Shown one piece after another: positions 60,401 to 64,000 of a stretch of 64,000 nt of DNA (within the stretch, counting starts at the first letter, position 1; each line of letters starts with the position of its first letter). The stretch lies in the NCBI GenBank assembly GCA_963787285.1, contig CAWBCM010000013.1, forward strand, positions 137,265-201,264, read 5' to 3'. The DNA comes from an uncultured Acidimicrobiales bacterium. Its GTDB lineage: Bacteria > Actinomycetota > Acidimicrobiia > Acidimicrobiales > JAHEJN01. Under the pieces are notes generated by a model. The model was given only the letters and a program-made list of their open reading frames with translations. It was not told the DNA's origin and did not search any database. A program made the translations under genes and the position numbers.

Positions 60401-61124
60401 CCTCCGCGATCCGGTGCCGTTGCGGGACCAGGCGCGCAAGGTGGTCGACATGGCGCACAAGCTCGGCGTCACGGTCGAGGGCGAACTCGGCTGCCTGGGT
60501 TCGCTGGAAACCATGCGCGGCGACAAGGAAGACGGCCATGGCACCGAGTCGACGATGACACGCGAGCAATTGCTGACCGACCCCGAGCAGGCGGCGGACT
60601 TCGTCAAGAAGACCCAGCTCGACGCGTTGGCGATCGCCATCGGCACCAGCCACGGCGCCTACAAGTTCACCCGCAAGCCCACCGGCGACATCCTGGCCAT
60701 CGACCGCATCAAGGACATCCACAAGCGCATCCCGAACACGCACCTGGTGATGCACGGCAGCTCGAGCGTGCCGCAGGACCTGCTGGCCGTGATCCGCGAG
60801 TTCGGCGGCGACATGAAGGAGACCTACGGCGTGCCGGTCGAAGAGATCCAGGAGGCCATCAAGCACGGCGTGCGCAAGATCAACATCGACACCGATGTGC
60901 GCCTGGCCATGACCGCGGCGATCCGCAAGTACCTGTTCGAGAACCCGAGCAAGTTCGATCCGCGCGACTACCTCAAGCCCGCGCGCGAGGCCGCGAAGGG
61001 CATCTGCAAGCAGCGCTACCAGCAGTTCGGCTGCGAAGGCCAGGCCGCCAAGATCAAGCCCCAGACCTTGTCGGCGGTGGCGCAGCGCTACGCCAGCGGG
61101 GCCCTGGCGCAGACCGTCGTCTGA
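60401..61124 (+). pseudogene. fba: C-terminal ~two-thirds of a class II fructose-bisphosphate aldolase, fused in frame to the upstream ORF
   Basis: [23 protein letters not shown]...[13 protein letters not shown]...[11 protein letters not shown]...VRKINIDTD is unmistakably class II FBA (CbbA/FbaA type). The N-terminal ~150 residues, including the first metal ligands, are absent. Confidence 0.85.
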
Positions 61125-62061
61125 TGGCGGCATCGCCGCAGTCGTCGCTGCGCTCGCAGCCGCAGCTGCAGAGCAGCTTGCGGTCGCTTCCATTGGTCGC
61201 GCGGGGCAAGGTGCGCGACAACTACGCCGTCGGTGAGGATCGCCTGCTGATGGTCGCCAGCGACCGCCTGAGCGCGTTCGACGTCGTGATGGGCGAGCCG
61301 ATCCCGGGCAAGGGCGAATTGCTCACGCGCATGGCGCTGTTCTGGTTCGAACGCCTGGCCCATGTCGTGCCGAATCACCTCACCGGCGACGACCCCGAAA
61401 GCGTCGTCACGGCGGACGAGCGCGCGCAGGTGCGCGGCCGCTCGATGCTGGTCAAGCGCCTCAAGCCCCTGCCGGTCGAGGCCGTGGTGCGCGGCTACCT
61501 GGCCGGCAGCGGCTGGAAGGAGTACCAGGTCAGCGGCGAGGTCTGCGGCGTCAAGCTGCCGCCGGGCCTGCGCAACGCGGGCAAGCTGCCGGCAGCCGAT
61601 CTTCACGCCGGCGACCAAGGCCGAGATGGGCGAGCATGACGAGAACATCCCATTCGAACGCATGGCGCAGATCGTCGGCGCAGACGTTGCGCGCGCAGGT
61701 GCGCGAGGTCTCGATCCGCCTGTACGACGAAGCGGCTGCGTTCGCGCTCACCAAGGGCATCATCATCGCCGACACCAAGTTCGAGTTCGGCCTCGATGCC
61801 GACGGCACGCTGACCCTGATGGACGAGGTGCTGACGCCCGACTCGTCGCGCTACTGGCCGCTCGAGGGCTACGCGCAGGCCCTGGCCGAGGGCCGCAATC
61901 CGCCGAGCTACGACAAGCAGTTCGTGCGCGACTGGCTCGAGAGTGCGCGCGTCGACGGCGCGCCGTGGAACAAGCGCGCGCCGGCGCCCTCGTTGCCGGC
62001 CGATGTCGTGGCCCACACCGCGGCCAAGTATCGCGAAGCGCTGACGCGGCTCACTGGTTGA
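61124..62061 (+). pseudogene. purC: Phosphoribosylaminoimidazole-succinocarboxamide synthase (long type), two frameshifts
   Basis: [32 protein letters not shown]..., then [23 protein letters not shown] in a second frame, then [31 protein letters not shown] in a third. The switches lie at about 61591 and 61680. Confidence 0.85.
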
Positions 62062-62062
62062 C

Positions 62063-63202
62063 ATGACGGCGTCGCGCTCGCGCTTGTTGCAGCGGCTCGA
62101 CGCCGCGATCGCTGCGGCGGCCAACCCCGTCGAAGCCCTGTGCCTGCGCGCCGAACGCGCTGCGTTGTTGGCGCGCCAGGGCCAGCTCGAAGCCGCCAAG
62201 ACCGTGATCGACGAGTTGAATACGCAGCTGGCCTGGCAGCCCAACACCACCTTGCGCGCCTGGGTGGCGCTGGCCGAGGGCTTGCACGACCACTACAGCG
62301 CGCTGGGGCGCGCAGCGCCGACGAGCATCGAGCAAGCGCACGCGCTGGCCCAGGGGGCCGGGACATTGCCGCGCCTGCAGGCACTGGCCGCGGCGTGGCT
62401 CGCCAACATGGCCTTTGCCGATGACGACATGCCGCGCATGGCGGCCTTGGTGCGCGAGTCGTTGGACCTGGCCGGGCCGGAGCACCACGGCGCACGTGCG
62501 CGCGCGGCGCTGGTGGCCGGCTATGCCTATCACTTCGCGGCCGAGGGCGCGCGCGCCCAACCGTGGTACGAGGCCTCGCGGCGCCATGCCATCGCCGACG
62601 GGGACGAGACGCACCTGTCTGCGTTGATGCACAACCAGGCCTGGATGCGTGCCAGCCAGGCGAGGCTGGCGCTGTTGTTCGGCGACGCGGGCGGGGACGC
62701 TGTGCATGTCGAGGCCGTGGGCCACGCCTTGATGGGGGCCGAGTCGATCGGCCATTACGACGCCGGCGTCGGCACCGCGTCGCTGGGGTCGCTGGTGCCC
62801 ATGCTGCGGGCCCAGGTACTCACCGCGCAGGCCAAATGGCGCGAGGCCCTGGACCTGTTCGAACTCCATTTCGAGGCCGCACTGGCCGAGGGCCTGACGC
62901 GGCTGGCGCCCGGCCTGCTGGCCGACCGTGCCTGGTGCGAGTGGCATCTCGGCAACGCGCGCAAGGCGCAGGCGCTGGTGGGCGCGGCCGAACAGGCCCT
63001 GGCACAAGCCTGCGACACCGACGACCGCGCGATGGCCACGGCGCGCCTGGCGCAGGTGTGTACCGCGTTGGGCGACCTGGCCGCCGCGGCCCGCCACCGC
63101 GACACTGCGCAGTCGCAATACGCGGCGCATTGTGCGCAGCAGCGGCAAATCGCCGCGCTGCTGGATCAGTCACTGGCCGGGATCGACCCGACCACGGTCT
63201 AG
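62063..63202 (+). CDS. Hypothetical Ala/Leu-rich helical-repeat (TPR-like) protein
   Basis: 379-aa ORF starting 2 nt after the purC stop. Repetitive amphipathic helices. I recognise no family. Confidence 0.5.
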   Translation: MTASRSRLLQRLDAAIAAAANPVEALCLRAERAALLARQGQLEAAKTVIDELNTQLAWQPNTTLRAWVALAEGLHDHYSALGRAAPTSIEQAHALAQGAGTLPRLQALAAAWLANMAFADDDMPRMAALVRESLDLAGPEHHGARARAALVAGYAYHFAAEGARAQPWYEASRRHAIADGDETHLSALMHNQAWMRASQARLALLFGDAGGDAVHVEAVGHALMGAESIGHYDAGVGTASLGSLVPMLRAQVLTAQAKWREALDLFELHFEAALAEGLTRLAPGLLADRAWCEWHLGNARKAQALVGAAEQALAQACDTDDRAMATARLAQVCTALGDLAAAARHRDTAQSQYAAHCAQQRQIAALLDQSLAGIDPTTV

Positions 63203-63206
63203 TCGC

Positions 63207-64000
63207 TCAGAACAGCGCCATGCTCAGCTTGCGCCGGTACTGGTCGACGACCGGGTCCGTGACGGTCGAAGGCGCGGACTTGCCGGTCAACTCCAGCGCA
63301 CCCTTGGCCGGCTCGTTGGCCGAGGGCTTGGGCGCGGGCTTGCTCATCAGGGTCAGGATCGCCACGTAGGTCTTGCGCGCGGCCTCCTGGTTCCAGGTCT
63401 TGTCGCGCATCACGATCTCGAGCAGTTCGTCCATCGCCTGCGTGAAGCGGCCAGCGGCGAAGTGGCCTTGCGCCAGCTCGAAGCGGGCCTCGAAGTCGCG
63501 CTTGTTGGTGCCGATCGCGGCGGTCAGCGTGTCCACGCTGCGCGCCGATCCCGCCGCCTGCTGCGCGGCCAGCCAGCGACCCAGCGCGTCGATGCGCCCA
63601 TCGACGATCGCCTTGCTCGCCACCGGGGCCAAGGCCTGTTCGGCCTGCGCCACCTGGCCCTGGGCCAGCAGCAGCTTGACGTAGTCGTAGCGCGCCGCCT
63701 CGTTGGCCGGGTCGATGGCGACCGCCTGCTGCAGCTTGGCCAGCGCCGACTCGGCATCGCCTTCGGCGATCAGCGCCTCGGCGTCGTCGACCTCGGCTTC
63801 GGCTTCGAGTTCGACCGTGCTCGGCACATGCTTGTCCAGGAAGGTGCGAATCTGCGCCTCGGGCAGCGCGCCGACGAAGCCATCCACGGGTTGGCCGCCG
63901 ACGAACATGACGCAGAACGGGATCGAGCGCACACCGAAGGCCTGGCTCAGCTGGGCGGCGATCTCGGGCTGGTCGTCGCTGTTGAGCTTGGTCAGCTTGA
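63207..64000 (-). CDS. Thioredoxin-domain + TPR co-chaperone (YbbN/CnoX-like); 5' end outside the window
   Basis: The frame is open to the window edge (KLTKLNSDDQPEIAAQLSQAFGVRSIPFCVMF is the thioredoxin-fold end). It is followed by TPR-like helices and a C-terminal tail. Confidence 0.75.
   Translation of the reverse strand, partial: KLTKLNSDDQPEIAAQLSQAFGVRSIPFCVMFVGGQPVDGFVGALPEAQIRTFLDKHVPSTVELEAEAEVDDAEALIAEGDAESALAKLQQAVAIDPANEAARYDYVKLLLAQGQVAQAEQALAPVASKAIVDGRIDALGRWLAAQQAAGSARSVDTLTAAIGTNKRDFEARFELAQGHFAAGRFTQAMDELLEIVMRDKTWNQEAARKTYVAILTLMSKPAPKPSANEPAKGALELTGKSAPSTVTDPVVDQYRRKLSMALF

Noticed and set aside
60401-61124. A genuine functional RPH-aldolase fusion enzyme
   Set aside because: The aldolase part starts mid-barrel and lacks its N-terminal third. 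The flanking gene content changes taxonomic character exactly here. A junction artefact is far more likely than a real bifunctional protein.

Overview
High-GC window, almost fully coding, which I read as two unrelated pieces joined together.

**Part A, 1 to about 60.4 kb.** It looks actinobacterial from gene content and protein signatures, by recognition only, not by search.
- **Housekeeping block:** Zn-peptidase, desaturase, aquaporin, prmA, mutA-mutB-meaB, PIN-PhoH2, nrdAB, an HTH-TOBE regulator with modABC, mscS, valS, several MFS transporters, and an acyl-CoA dehydrogenase (ACAD).
- **Integrase-bearing island, about 20.5 kb (34981-55506).** It is flanked by an 80-bp direct repeat that duplicates the 3' end of the ACAD gene.
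- **Island cargo:** an acetoacetate-decarboxylase-family gene; a tightly coupled ClbS / membrane protein / GyrI-like / alpha-alpha-toroid / dienelactone-hydrolase operon; a GNAT; an ArsR-SRPBCC pair; an excisionase-type HTH; and two giant SARP-STAND regulators, one carrying an embedded class III nucleotide cyclase domain, bracketing a DrrAB-like ABC exporter.
- **Traces of earlier integrations:** degenerate att-arm relics, a conserved hairpin family and a 287-bp duplicated permease 3' end suggest repeated integration at this locus.

**Part B, about 60.4 to 64 kb.** It reads like betaproteobacterial core genes: a class II fba C-terminus, purC, a helical protein and a YbbN-like thioredoxin/TPR protein. 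It is fused in frame to a rifampicin-phosphotransferase-like PEP-utilizing enzyme. I suspect an assembly or concatenation chimera.

**Frameshifts.** Several conserved genes carry clustered single-nucleotide frameshifts: valS, ACAD, the drrA-like ATPase, purC and the mod regulator.

**Not found.** I found no rRNA, tRNA or CRISPR array by eye.

All family calls are from my own reading of the translations. No database search was run.
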